Assembly (NCBI GenBank): GCA_051362555.1
Contig: CM120640.1
Coordinates: 67,806,788-67,870,787, forward strand
DNA length: 64,000 bases
Source: Lingula anatina
Lineage: Eukaryota; Animalia; Brachiopoda
Direction of reading: 5' to 3'
The notes under the pieces are model-generated. The model searched no databases, had not been told where the DNA came from, and saw only the letters and a list, made by a program, of their open reading frames with translations. Shown here one piece after another: positions 12,661 to 24,752 of the stretch. Numbering within the stretch: position 1 is the stretch's first letter; each line of letters starts with the position of its first letter. A program made the position numbers and the translations under genes.

Positions 12661-13436
12661 TGATTGGGTTAGATTTACCTTCATTTTTTGACACTCAGAG
12701 ACAGTGTGTTTTTTGGAAGAAAAAACAAACAAATAAAATGACAACAATGAAAGTTCATTTATTTTAATAGTTGAATTGTATTCTGAAATATCTGTATGAT
12801 TTCTTTTTAATGCCACTGTTTCAGTGCCTAGAAAATTGGGGGGGATTCCGCCCATGTGGAAGCACTTTTCCAGGGTAATTCCCGCAGAGAAACTCGCGCC
12901 GGGAATTCCTAGTTTGACCTACTTAAAAAAGCCGGCGCAAAACGCGGAAAGACGTAGTACTCGGATATTAAATAATAAATCTTTTGCTTGAACTATCTTT
13001 AAGAAACAATTAAATAAATTGTTAAAACACACAAGACTTTATTTCCTGTCATGAATTGTGATAATAAAGAATTTTATGAGGAAACTGATATTATTTATGA
13101 AAATGCCAATATGTGAAAAATTTAACTTCACAGAAATACTGTATAACTTCCAAAAAATTAACCAATGAGACAGATTTATACAACTGAAGCTGTATGTTAG
13201 TCTTATGTTTCTTACTGGTATGTTTGAGAAGAGTGAGTGACATGGCTTTCCTTTTATGGTCACTATAGAGGCAGTATCAAAAAACAGAGTTTTTCTCAAT
13301 TTTTTATCTAATTTCCACAAATTAAAGCAATGGATTAGACACATACTCTTCATTCAAAGGTAACAATGCAATCTTATCAGCAACAAAAGTAACATCAAAT
13401 ATATATAAACGTTCCATGAGGTCACTTACCAAAGAT

Positions 13437-14490
13437 TTATTTCAAGTGAGTTGAAGGGGTAATAAAAAATGGCCTTCCGCCTCTAAATTTCTGACATACA
13501 CAATGTATTACGTCACCCACACAAATTAAATTTACTACAATGTATGTAGCCTCACCAATCAGAACAGCGTTATCTGGTGTTTTTTGTAGATAGCATAAAA
13601 TTGGGCATAAAGATCTGTTGATAGTGTGCAAATTCAGCATTTACAAAAATTTGCAGGAAGAGGGACATGTAATTTTTTTTTTAATTTTTTTTTTATTTTT
13701 TTTAAATTTTTTTTATTATTATTATTATTATTATTTTTTTTTTTTTTTTTTTTTTTTTTTTGCAAAATGTTTATGTTTTCGATGATAGAGCCATGCAAGT
13801 ACATCTTTTCAACATGGCTTGTTGAAGGGGAAATTTAGGTTTTCTTATTAATTTCTTAAAACTGTGCAGGTAGTTTTCAAATGGAAATCCTGAAAATAGA
13901 TGCAATGGACCATATAACTTTGAGTGATCTGCTAAATGTGTTAAGACATGAACACTGTATTTGATAATCTCTTTACCACATAATGCCGCAAAATGTTCAA
14001 CAAAAGATAAAAACATTTCTTTCACATAAAAATACCAGCTGACAACATCATGAAATTTGTATATACAATGTCAGACACTTTTCCTTTCAATACTACAGGT
14101 CCTGTGTATAGTAAAAATGTCCTAAACTCAGAAGCTTTCCATCGCTCAATGTCAGTTAATTTTCTTCCTTTTCTCATGAATTCTCTAGGCAGAAATTGTC
14201 CAAGGGCTATAGTCCATCAGAGATTGTTCTTGAGACCATCTTTTGGAAACATTGGCAAATTAGGCCTCAAAAGCATGAGGAGGCTATACACATGTGTAAG
14301 TGGCGTGGCACTATTAAGTGCCCACTCACGAAGTTTTTTCTCCCTCAAATTATCCTCGTCATCTGTGTCCTCAAGACTGCTAGAATCACTGCTATCATCA
14401 GAATCTGTTCCAGACGAAATTTTCCAAATCAGTCCACTCTGCTTCATTATCAGAATCGTAGATTTTGTCAGAAGACTCACCCTCAGCTCT
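13437..14490 (-). mobile_element. Internally deleted CMC/EnSpm-like transposase remnant
   Basis: LREWA...LL.LL...FPKD is joined almost directly to PREFMRKGRKLTDIERWKASEFRTFLLYTGPVVL, followed by YSVHVLTHL...YGPL..FSGFPFENYL. It is interrupted by a T-rich tract at 13672-13761. Confidence 0.75.
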
Positions 14491-14644
14491 TAGGGAATAC
14501 ATTTCCTGAAGGGCTGCCTAAACTACAAACTGATACTAACACTTTTGGAAACAAACAAACGAAAAACCTTATAGGTAAAAAATATGTGAATTATAAATTC
14601 GGCCTTTTTGCCCCATTGCTGGGGCAATACGCCTCGCACCACGG

Positions 14645-15050
14645 TGTAGGGGTCCATGTTCCACCCTACCCAGGTTCTTCTAATATTTTACCTGTCACTG
14701 ATGCATGGGAGAGGGAATATAACTACAAACTCACATCTTCAGTTCCAAGTCTAAAAGTCCTTTATTAAGTCCCAGCCTTCAGCCTTTATACACATTATCT
14801 CCAGAGAATCTATCTGCATGCCACAGTGGCAGCAACTCATTTAAATACTAATTGCAATGCAATAGATAACAATTGAGGGCTTCTACTTTTAAGTTATATC
14901 AGTTCTACTTATCAGGTATACCTATACAGAGGATGATAAATATTCATTCAAGACTGAAGTAAGGTGAATGATAATATGCTGACTGATTACAAGTATAAAC
15001 ATAATATGTAAATGAGTGATTTCATCACATGCATTTAGTGGACCTTAACA
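14645..15050 (-). repeat. 3' LTR
   Basis: Direct repeat of 16778-17183. One mismatch was found by eye (14838 C vs 16971 T). Confidence 0.95.
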
Positions 15051-15704
15051 TATTCCTTCTTTTCCCACAAAAAAAATTATTGTTACATAATTTTTTGAAA
15101 TAAAGATTCTACAGAATACTCAAATATAAAAAATTTTAACTGCTAAATACTTATACAAAATATCTGCGTCATGATTCAATTACAAGAATAAATTAAAATA
15201 TTATTCTATCAAACATCATCACTTAAACTAACAATTGTAATTAATTCAGTTCATTATCCATTCCATTGCTGTACAAAGACATGTCATTATTCTAATGAAA
15301 TTAAATTTGAATTTTTATGCTTCCAAAATATTTTGACAGAGATAAATGTCCAGTTATCATACAGATTGTTTAAACAGCTTTTCTTATGGACTGTACATTT
15401 AAAATCTCATCAGTTAAACAATTCAGTATCAGGTATATCACGAAACTAAATTCTTTCTTCCATAACACATGTTGGAAATTTAACATTTTTAAATAAAAAA
15501 AAATACCGTCACATATTCTTTATAATTCAATTAAACCGTATCTGTAAACACAATTTATCTTGTTATTTTCAAATAAGTAGGTCATGAATTATTTGGTGCA
15601 ATTTTACTTAGAATATTAAAACAAGAATATCAAATACTGAGCCAAGTGTAAAATATCTATAAATCTCATTTTTCTGAACCTACAGTACAGCCCTAACTGA
15701 TGCA

Positions 15705-16790
15705 TTATCCTTTAACTGAATAAAAAAAATCATTTCTTAATTTGCAGTGTGGAAGAAGTGTCCATTTTAGTTTCTTTGCCATAAACTTTCTCTGCACCTT
15801 TTTGTTGTCTCTGTTAAAGTCCCATTTTACACCTGTCCATTCTTTTGCATTCTCATAAACATTTTCTGTGTCTGAACCTTGTTTGTCTTCATTCTCTACA
15901 ACTTTAAGTACCTCCTCACTTGCACTTTGTTCTTCATTCTCTTCAACTTCTTCCTCACCTGCACTTTGTTCCATCTCTACTTCAGTAAGTTTGTCTCCGT
16001 CTGTATTTTTGAAATTAGAAAAATCCATTTCCATCCATTCATCATTAAGTCCTTCATCAGCATTCTTTACATAATCCGTTACAGCATTTTCATCTACATC
16101 ATGTTTCTCCACATACTTTGGGTCATCACCATCATCAAGTCCTTTATCCGTATTCTTTACATCATCTGTTAAAGCCTTTTCAACTACATCAGGATTCTCA
16201 TAATACTTCAGTTCACCCATTTTACTCTCACTTCCGATTAATCCGTTGTCATCATCATCATCATCAGTTTTCAGTCCTAGCTCTTGTTCTTGTTCTTTTT
16301 CGACATACCCTTCACATTTCTCCCCTTTCTTGAAATCAGTTCTCTTTTCTACCTCTGGATCATTTACAATCATAATGTCCTTGCTGAGTTCATTCCCATC
16401 ATTTTCCTCACCTATATCATGTTCCTTCACAAACTCCATCATACATTCATCTTCTTTAGCCGTAGTCAGTGTCTCATCATGAGTTCCCTTCTCCATTTCT
16501 AATAATTCATCTACTTTGCCTTGGTTTCTTTCTTTAACTTGTTTCATTTCAGATTCTGCAGTAATGTCATTATTCTGTTGCTGCAAACTGCCATACTGTC
16601 TCTGTAACAAGTCGGCTAGCTTGGACAGGCATTCTACCAGTCTGCCGTTAATATTATAGTCCTTTTCAGAATCCCAGTCATCATCTTCATACACATACTC
16701 ATCTTCAAAGTTGGATCCATAGCTATATCCATAGCTATATCCCTCCCCCGCAGTGACCCTGGTCGAGCTCGCCATTATGTAGGGGTCCAT
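15705..16790 (-). CDS. Acidic low-complexity protein, the sole long ORF of the LTR element
   Basis: Uninterrupted 361-aa ORF. The likely start MASSTRV overlaps the PBS. It is D/E/K-rich with internal repeats and has no protease, RT, integrase or CCHC motif. Confidence 0.6.
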   Translation of the reverse strand: MDPYIMASSTRVTAGEGYSYGYSYGSNFEDEYVYEDDDWDSEKDYNINGRLVECLSKLADLLQRQYGSLQQQNNDITAESEMKQVKERNQGKVDELLEMEKGTHDETLTTAKEDECMMEFVKEHDIGEENDGNELSKDIMIVNDPEVEKRTDFKKGEKCEGYVEKEQEQELGLKTDDDDDDNGLIGSESKMGELKYYENPDVVEKALTDDVKNTDKGLDDGDDPKYVEKHDVDENAVTDYVKNADEGLNDEWMEMDFSNFKNTDGDKLTEVEMEQSAGEEEVEENEEQSASEEVLKVVENEDKQGSDTENVYENAKEWTGVKWDFNRDNKKVQRKFMAKKLKWTLLPHCKLRNDFFYSVKG

Positions 16791-17183
16791 GTTCCACCCT
16801 ACCCAGGTTCTTCTAATATTTTACCTGTCACTGATGCATGGGAGAGGGAATATAACTACAAACTCACATCTTCAGTTCCAAGTCTAAAAGTCCTTTATTA
16901 AGTCCCAGCCTTCAGCCTTTATACACATTATCTCCAGAGAATCTATCTGCATGCCACAGTGGCAGCAACTTATTTAAATACTAATTGCAATGCAATAGAT
17001 AACAATTGAGGGCTTCTACTTTTAAGTTATATCAGTTCTACTTATCAGGTATACCTATACAGAGGATGATAAATATTCATTCAAGACTGAAGTAAGGTGA
17101 ATGATAATATGCTGACTGATTACAAGTATAAACATAATATGTAAATGAGTGATTTCATCACATGCATTTAGTGGACCTTAACA
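16778..17183 (-). repeat. 5' LTR
   Basis: Direct repeat of 14645-15050 with imperfect inverted ends TGTAGGGGTCCA and TGGACCTTAACA. Confidence 0.95.
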
Positions 17184-17719
17184 ACGGGGCTAAACGCCTA
17201 CCGTGGGCGTCTTGCCCCAAACTATAGGCGTTAGCCCCGCCTTTGTACAAAGCAAAATAAAATCAAATTATATTTCTACAGGACAACTTAGAAGTCATTT
17301 TAAGCAACAGATAATATTTTGGGGTACTAAGATAATAAAAATACCCATCAAATTTATTCAGAATGAACAGTTGTATTGTTTTAAACAGTAAAGCTATATA
17401 TCAAAACTAACAGTACAATTGTCTTAATATCGTTCAAGTAATTTTGAAAGTCTCCATTCCATTCGTTAATCTGAGAAGATTGGAAAAGTCAAAATTGGTC
17501 ATAATAAACAGCTATTTTATCATTATACAGTTGAACTCTATCTCAATTGTATCTTTGTCATTCAACTAGTCTCACTCCGTTTCCTTCACAATTCTAATTC
17601 CCCTATTTCTCTACTGTGAAAAGACAGGGAAATGTCAAACGTGGGCAGAATAAAGAGCTAAATTTATGACCAAACAGTAAAGCTAACTCTCAAAACTAAC
17701 TTCTGACTTCTCTCCGTAA

Positions 17720-18404
17720 AGGCCCCGTCACATTTATTCGGAATCAGCAGGAATCGAGCAGAACCAGCTGGGTTGAAGAATTTTCAAAATTCGTACTACA
17801 TTTGGGAAGAAATTTCAAATTGACCTTAATTCTTGTAAGAATGCCGTTGGAATACCCAGAATGGGCTTGAATCTGCCTGGAATGATTCGTGCACATTTCG
17901 GCTGTATTAGCTCTTAAATGCAGCTCGAAAATAGTTGGAAAACTAGGAATATCGATAATGCTGTCAGAATGCAGTCAAAATATGTAGAATACACTTCAAA
18001 TGCTGTACGAGTATTGCTGGCTGAAATAGGATTTTGGTAACCATCGAGATGCATTCGAGTTGCATTCCGGCTCATTCTAGCAGGATTTGAAGTGTCTTGC
18101 CATTTCTATACAGTTTTCCCTTGAACGTGATCAGAATGTTTCTAATGCTGTCGAAATGCCCTAAGAATATTTAGAATGCACTCATAGTGCAGTTAGAATA
18201 CATTTTAGAATGCCATTCTCAACTTGGAATGCACTTTAAAAGTTTTTTAGCATGAGCAAAACATTCGGGACGGCCACAAGAATGGGTAATAATATTTGGA
18301 ATGCATTTAGAAATTTAGAATGCTCTTCGAGAATCCAGGAACGTACATAGAATTGTCTTTCCTACGGCATTCTTGCACATTCCGCCTTTAGTGTGACGGG
18401 TCCT
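17720..18404. mobile_element. PIF/Harbinger-type MITE
   Basis: Imperfect TIRs AGGCCCCGTCACA and TGTGACGGGTCCT, TAA duplicated at 17717-17719 and 18405-18407, and internal GAAT/ATTC-rich repeats. Confidence 0.85.
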
Positions 18405-20082
18405 TAACACAGGCTAACGAATGCTTAAACCATGATGAGAGACAAGCCCCTTGCACCCGCGAGCAGCTTATCCAACTGTCTATCTGAGGAGAGAGAAATG
18501 AGATGGCATCATTAGACATGTGTGCCGGCAACCATATGTACTCTGAAACTTGATCACATGTTTTATATAGTAAATTTATAAATCTACTAATCTGACCATG
18601 CTCGTGTAACCGGCTGATAGCGTCTGCAACTGAGTTACTCTCGCCCGGAATAAAGTGCGCCTCCAGTTTGAAGTCGAACCGGGCAGACAGGAGGTATAAT
18701 TGCTCTAATAGGGCAAAGGCGGTAGGGCTAGTCGTAGTCCCATTGTTAATCATATATACGGAGGCAATGTTATCGGAATAGAAGTGTACGTGCTGTCCCT
18801 TCCAAAGCCTTCCCCAGCGTCGCGCGGCTAAGACAATTGTAGCTAACTCCTTAGCGTTAATATGTTGGTCGGCGAACGAAGGGGCGTCGACATCCCAGGC
18901 GTAGTAGAACCAGTCTCCCAAGCAGAAAGCTCCGCCGGCGACCGTACACGCATCTGTGTGTACTTCAACTTCTGGTCTATCGTTCCATATTGTCCTCCTA
19001 CTATTGCACTGAATTTGTGTAGCCCACCAAGCTAGATCGCCGTGGATGGCACGCAACAGACACTTGTGCGATGCGGCTTTAGTCGACGACATAAGGCTGT
19101 ATATCCTCCTCAGGTGAAGTTTTCCCCAGGGGATGACGTTGCTAGCCCAGACCAGGTGCCCGGCTAGTCGCTCTAACTGCTTCCGCGTCGCTCGTTTACG
19201 CTTTAAAAATGTGAATAATAAGTCCTCAAGTTTCGTTAACTTAGTGTGTTCGAGGGATACTTTTCCCGCGCACGAGTCAATTTCAATACCCAAGAAAACT
19301 ATTTTCTGTGTCGGGTCATTCACTTTCTTCCAGTTTATGGCAAAACCCAGCGAGCGGAGCAATTGTACGAGAGTGTTGTATGCTGCTAAACATTCCGCAA
19401 AATCTTTTCCCGCTACAATAAAGTCGTCTAAGTAGGCTACTACAACCGGGAAACCTCTCCTTAACATCATCCGGCGCACAGCCTGAGTGAGTGTATTAAA
19501 AATAGCCGGACTTTTACGTCCACCGAAGGGGAGTCTTAAATCAACAAGGGTGGTAGGTTTGCTTTTTCCAGTAAACGTCCACTGTAGCCCTGTGTATTGG
19601 TGATTGCTTGGATGTAGTTCTACGGAGCGATACGCGTTGGCTAAATCAACTTTTGCAAGGTACCAGTGGGGCTTGATATTACATAATACTTCCTGTACTG
19701 ACTGATAACTCACACTGTCCTTAGTCGCGTAATCATTCACACTGGTTCCTTCCGGTCTGCTACAGTCATGAATTAATCTTATGTTTCCGTCCGGCTTTGG
19801 CACCGCATGGAGTCCACTAATTATACGAGGAGTAGTTTCCGCTATGGCATAATGACCCTCAGCTATACCTTCTAACAGTTTTGCCTCTACTTGTTCCCTC
19901 GCTCTAATAGCTGTAACTGAATTGGGAACGTATGCCCTATCCGGAATAATAGAGTCATCATCTATAATTGAAAAACCATACCGTATCCCGTTAAGAATAT
20001 ATTCACGGTCCGGATCGTCTGCTAGCTCTTGTTCCCACACGTGAACAGCTTTTCTTAGCGTGGAATTGTCCTTATCTACCAC
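18388..20082 (-). CDS. DIRS/Ngaro reverse transcriptase-RNase H
   Basis: VPKPDGNIRLIHD, KVDLANAYR, LPFG and YLDDF, then RNase H motifs HTDAC, HINAKEL, SDN and HFIPGESNSVADAISR. The last codons run into the MITE. Confidence 0.92.
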   Translation of the reverse strand: MVDKDNSTLRKAVHVWEQELADDPDREYILNGIRYGFSIIDDDSIIPDRAYVPNSVTAIRAREQVEAKLLEGIAEGHYAIAETTPRIISGLHAVPKPDGNIRLIHDCSRPEGTSVNDYATKDSVSYQSVQEVLCNIKPHWYLAKVDLANAYRSVELHPSNHQYTGLQWTFTGKSKPTTLVDLRLPFGGRKSPAIFNTLTQAVRRMMLRRGFPVVVAYLDDFIVAGKDFAECLAAYNTLVQLLRSLGFAINWKKVNDPTQKIVFLGIEIDSCAGKVSLEHTKLTKLEDLLFTFLKRKRATRKQLERLAGHLVWASNVIPWGKLHLRRIYSLMSSTKAASHKCLLRAIHGDLAWWATQIQCNSRRTIWNDRPEVEVHTDACTVAGGAFCLGDWFYYAWDVDAPSFADQHINAKELATIVLAARRWGRLWKGQHVHFYSDNIASVYMINNGTTTSPTAFALLEQLYLLSARFDFKLEAHFIPGESNSVADAISRLHEHGQISRFINLLYKTCDQVSEYIWLPAHMSNDAISFLSPQIDSWISCSRVQGACLSSWFKHSLACVKDPSH

Positions 20083-21118
20083 TTTTTTGAATCCGGGACG
20101 TGTTCTGGGGTTGTTTTCTGGGGGTAGGTTTGCTTATGGTCGAAATCCCCGTGGGTGGGCGAGAAACATTTTAAGCAAATGTGAGAATATTTGCATACGC
20201 GGAGACTACAGCCGTTGCGCCCGTTGAATCTCTCGCAGATTGGTCTTGCTGTATTTGGGTCTACTTTACCGCGCTGGATGAAATTTTGGCCTCTTGGATT
20301 CTGATGTCCTGTGTCCGCTTGTTCTCTCCCCTCTGTAGTAGGAGTTGCATCAGGTATTGGTCATCTTTTCCCCAGTCGCTGTTCTCCCGTGCCTGTTTCT
20401 TCCTGAACTCGTAGTCGAAGTTCACGATACTCTCCCACGAAAACGCCTGTGCGAACGTAGCGATCTTGATGAGATAATCGATGTGCTCATCCGTCGTGCT
20501 CTCCCCGGCATTGCGCATTTCTCTGAGGATCCGTAGCGACCCCTCCATGTACTGGGCCAGTGACAGTTTGGCCAGTGGGATTTTGGTATCCTTAACCTTT
20601 ATTTGAAAGGGGCCCATGTCTACTGTATTGGAGTTGGAAGTTTCTGCTGCGAGTGTCACAAAGTCTCTAACATCTCGGAAGATACCCGACTTCCCCTTTC
20701 TTGCCTCCCCCACTTTAAGGCACATACCTGTAAAATCCTGTGAGGTAGCTTTCTCCTGTTCCGCTGCGGCGGAGGTCATCAAACCCAGGATCTCATCTAC
20801 AGTCAGGGCACCTCCGTTTGCCAGTCTCTGTCGAACGTCGACTTCGGTGCTCTTTGGCTGGACGTCTGCTACGCTTGGGGTGGTCGCGCTTGGGGCACTG
20901 CTTTCTGCACTCGAGTTTAACTCTTTCACAGCGTCCTCTAGAAGAAAGAGCTGGGCTGGGGGGAGATCTTCGCCATACAGCCTTTCAATTCTCTCTGGGG
21001 TGAGCTTCTTTAATGATTTAGCGGAATCGAATCCTTTCTCCATTAAGGCAGCTAGTGTCTCTGTCGAAAGTCCGTTCTCTTCTTTCCATACGTGAGGATC
21101 GAATTCTTCTTCTGCCAT
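20076..21118 (-). pseudogene. DIRS/Ngaro gag-like ORF1 with a frameshift before its zinc fingers
   Basis: MAEEEFDP...FSWESIVNFDYEFRKKQARENSDW. The Cys/His tail ICERFNGRNGCSLRVCKYSHICLKCFSPTH (about 20240-20150) is in a different frame and ends at TAG 20076. Confidence 0.8.
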
Positions 21119-23300
21119 GATAAACACGTGTTGTCCGACAGATAAAACCAAGATCGTATAGTTAGGGAAAAACCCGTTAGATATCAAAGTACAAAAACGA
21201 GAATTCAAAAATCAAAGTATGCCGCTGCGAAGCTGACGCAAGCGTGCGTCTTGTTCAGTAACAAACTAGCGACTGCAGATTTCAAATTACCGCACGTTGA
21301 GCATCGGCCAATGAGAAACGATGTCCGTTAAGCAGGCTGGTCCTATCAGGGGAGAGAGAACGATGTCTGTTGTAATCTCTGCCAATAGAAGATCGTTTAC
21401 ATAAAGTCCGTTAAGTGGGCTAACCAACCAGCGGTCGGGAGAAAGGTAACAGGCACGCTGCGTGAGCGTGATAAGCGTACCATCTGTGCGTCATTTTAAA
21501 TCCGACTTATAAATAAGTCTTAACATAAATGTGGGGTATATACAGGTTATCGTTGAGAAATACATATGTTGACAGCTTTTGCTAGGACCAGGGCTATGCA
21601 AGTTTGATCAATCAGCTTTTTACAAGAAAACAAAAAGTGGGGTATATATTATATATGACCAGTGGGGTATATACAGGATACAAGTGGGGTGTATTTACAT
21701 GACTTTCTACAAACAGACTTGAATCCACGGTACCATATTTCAAAGTGCATTCATTAATCAATTTTCATCAAATGTAACACTGTTCGATTGAATAAAGTTT
21801 ATTTAAGTTTTAAGAAGTATCATAATTTATATAGCCATGTTTCTGTGATCTGTGTGACATGTTTATTGCAAGTAGAGCGACTTACTTGTTAATGTGGAAG
21901 CATATGATGTGGGACTGTAGAATTGGCTTGGAAACCATGCTGTGTAATATTGAAGGAATGTTGTTTGAAATACACAAAATAGTCTGTCAGAAGGTATTGG
22001 ATTTTCCTTTACTGTCCTTTCTTTCTGATGGACATTTTTGGATAGTGCTGCCAAGGTATAGTTTTTCACTACAGTGCACCTAATACCTACACTACACATT
22101 AAAGCTGTATGGTTCGGTTTGTTCTACATTGTAATATTAATGGAATGACTCTTACCCTATATATATGCTAGTTTCAGATCTGATAGACAAGCAGTCTTAG
22201 GTTAGACATTTGAAAATGAGGAAGCCAACTTACCCTGCATTGGATCTGAACTTTGGAGTAGTAAGCCACAGACCTTTGAGCAGCTTTAAGTCTTTACTCT
22301 TACTAAGAATTTAGGTTACTTAATATTGTAGGGGTCTTTGTATTTTTGTGGTCAAATTGATTTCATCGATTTGAGAAAAGAAGTTTATTGTAATAATGCT
22401 GAACCATTTGCTTATTGTATGAAACTGTGATTTTAAGTACTTGTGATAAAATATGGCTTTTTGATCTGTAATTGATTGATAAAATATAATAGCTTTTGTA
22501 AAAAATAAAATTGGTTGAGCTGTATATATTGTTTTTTCTTCATATTCCAATAGTGCATATTTATATATGAACCAATACCTTCTAAAACGCAGCAATACTA
22601 AATGAATCTTTCTTATGTTAAGAAGTTTAAGTTAATAGCATTTTGTTCAGTAAAAGTCAATCAAAATTCAAATAAACCAGCACCTGGGTAGTTTATTGTG
22701 ACATTTCTGTCATGAGAACTTACAAATGTGTCTATAAAGCTTCAATGCTTCTGGTACACTCAAACTAACTCCATATAACTAGTTAACAACTTCCAAGTCG
22801 AGGAAAAATTTTAATAGAACAAAAATAGGGGAAAAAATCAAGAATGTCCTCCAGTATCACAGTTAATACAGATCACTATAGCTAGTTAGCACCGACATTC
22901 CAAATACCACTGCAACTGTCATTCATCTTGAAATATTCTTGCAATTCTTAGTAATATTGTTGCAATTCTAGGAATTTCATCTAAGAGATGTTTCTGATCA
23001 TAATATTTCCTCGAGTAATTTATTGATTGGTCAATTAATGAAAGGGATGTAGTATAATAGTACTTATATAATAGTATTGCACAAACCTCAAAGTACAAAA
23101 AAGTCAAAATAAAACAACAGCCTTTAAACAATGTAAACCATCACATAATAAGAAAAAAGTCTTGAATAATACATTTTAATTTTAATGGTACAAACTTGAC
23201 TGAAATGATCAATGTGGAAACAATTATCTGATTATATGCAAACTCTCAGTTTAAATAATGATACCAAAATGTTTAAAAAACCAGAAAAGCCGCATATTCC

Positions 23301-23969
23301 CACCCTGAGCTTCAGAGATAACTTGACACATACCTCTTCACTATAGCCTATCTTCATCATGTCAAGTTACCTCTGACGAAAATAGTTTGACCTAGTTTAC
23401 ATAAGCCAATCGAATCCAAGTTTCAAAATTTTTCACCAAAGTTTGGTGAAAACGCTGATTGGTTGACCGTCAATCGGCAATCCTCGGCTGATTCCGCAAG
23501 CTCCATACAAACAACAAAGTTATTGTCGAGTGCGGAGACATCCGAGTAGTTCCGAGTGCATAACCGTACACGAAGAAAGCATGGCGTCTCCTACGAGTGA
23601 CTATGTAAAATAATGTGTTAAGTTATCTCTTGATTCTTTGCAAAATATGAGTATATCGGAATTGAAACCAGAGCAGTTTGAGGCCCTGCATCGTTATCTA
23701 CTGAGGGATGATGTATTTTGCGTGCTGCCCACAGGTTACGGCAAGTCCCTGATATTCAGCCTTATCTTTGATTGGTCCGGATTTGAACAAAGCGCGCTTT
23801 GACTCATTCGCGTTCATTGGCTAGATCGTTCAATGAGTAATTGAGTGCGGGCTTTAAATTTGATTGGCGGGCGGCGGAGGCAATCAAATGTGGTCAGAGG
23901 TAACTTGACACGATGAAGATAGGCTATAGTGAAGAGGTTAGTGTCAAGTTATCTCTGAAGCTCAGGGTG
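23301..23969 (+). mobile_element. Non-autonomous TIR element carrying a RecQ-helicase N-terminal fragment (AcademH-like)
   Basis: ~75-bp TIRs starting CACCCTGAGCTTCAGAGATAACTTGACAC and an 8-bp TSD CATATTCC (23293-23300 and 23970-23977). The frame from ATG 23581 reads MASPTSDYVK*...ELKPEQFEAL...DVFCVLPTGYGKSLIF. Confidence 0.85.
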
Positions 23970-24752
23970 CATATTCCACACCTTAACTAAAAATGAACCA
24001 TGGACCTAGTACAATGGTTCCAAATTTCCATCAAGCAAAAGTGTTATTTCTTGATATTCAAAATAAATTACATTTACTTTGTATATGCACATCTCTACTG
24101 CCCCTTAGCATTATTTTTTATATTTTAACTAGATATGAATATAAGGGTGAAACAAGATTTGGATCAGTTTGATTACTTTTCAATCCCCAAACAAGAACAG
24201 TCCACATACCCCCATATCCTGAAATTCAAAATACGAATGAATGAAGAAAAATGAAAAAGCATGAAGAAGAATGAACCATTTAGTTAAAAGCTTAGTTTTC
24301 TATAAACAGAAAAGCTTTAATGCCTTTGCACTCAAACACACTAAAAAAGAAAAGATAAAGGTATAGAAAAAACAGATGCACCTAACATGCATTATTAAAT
24401 TGCTGCTGCATGTCAAAAATGAAAATGAACATCAGCCAAGAATGTAGAAATATTGACAGAAAAAAATGCTCTTTAATACTTCAATACTATTTTTAATACT
24501 TAATTACTTTGTGTTACTATTGTTTGGACCACCACTGTTTAATTTTTCATTAAATAAATAACACAATAGATCTTCAGTAGTCAATGTCCATTAATAATTA
24601 CATATAAACATACACATGTATATGATATGTCAGTTTAAGAAAATACTGACACAATCCTGAAACATTCATATTCATTTTTCGTGATGAACTGTCCTCATCA
24701 ACCATTTCATGGACTATTATTGCTGGAAAGAACATATCAAGACTGCATTTAA

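Larger units (their letters stand above)
14645..17183 (-). mobile_element. Young non-autonomous LTR retrotransposon (Gypsy-type ends, 2539 bp)
   Basis: 406-bp LTRs at 14645-15050 and 16778-17183 with TG...CA ends and 4-bp TSD ACGG (14641-14644 and 17184-17187). On the minus strand the PBS TGGCGAGC lies just inside the right LTR and the PPT GGGAAAAGAAGGAA lies next to the left LTR. Confidence 0.95.
17640..21530 (-). mobile_element. DIRS/Ngaro-type retrotransposon lacking the tyrosine recombinase ORF
   Basis: A gag-like ORF is followed by an RT-RNase H ORF of DIRS type. No recombinase is visible downstream, and a MITE is inserted near the 3' end. Outer boundaries are approximate. Confidence 0.8.

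Noticed and set aside
14050-14768. 147-aa and 190-aa plus-strand ORFs
   Set aside because: They are antisense to the transposase remnant, the longer one runs across the LTR junction, and neither has motifs.
19133-21095. Plus-strand ORFs as the missing recombinase
   Set aside because: They are antisense to RT and gag and have no tyrosine recombinase catalytic motifs.
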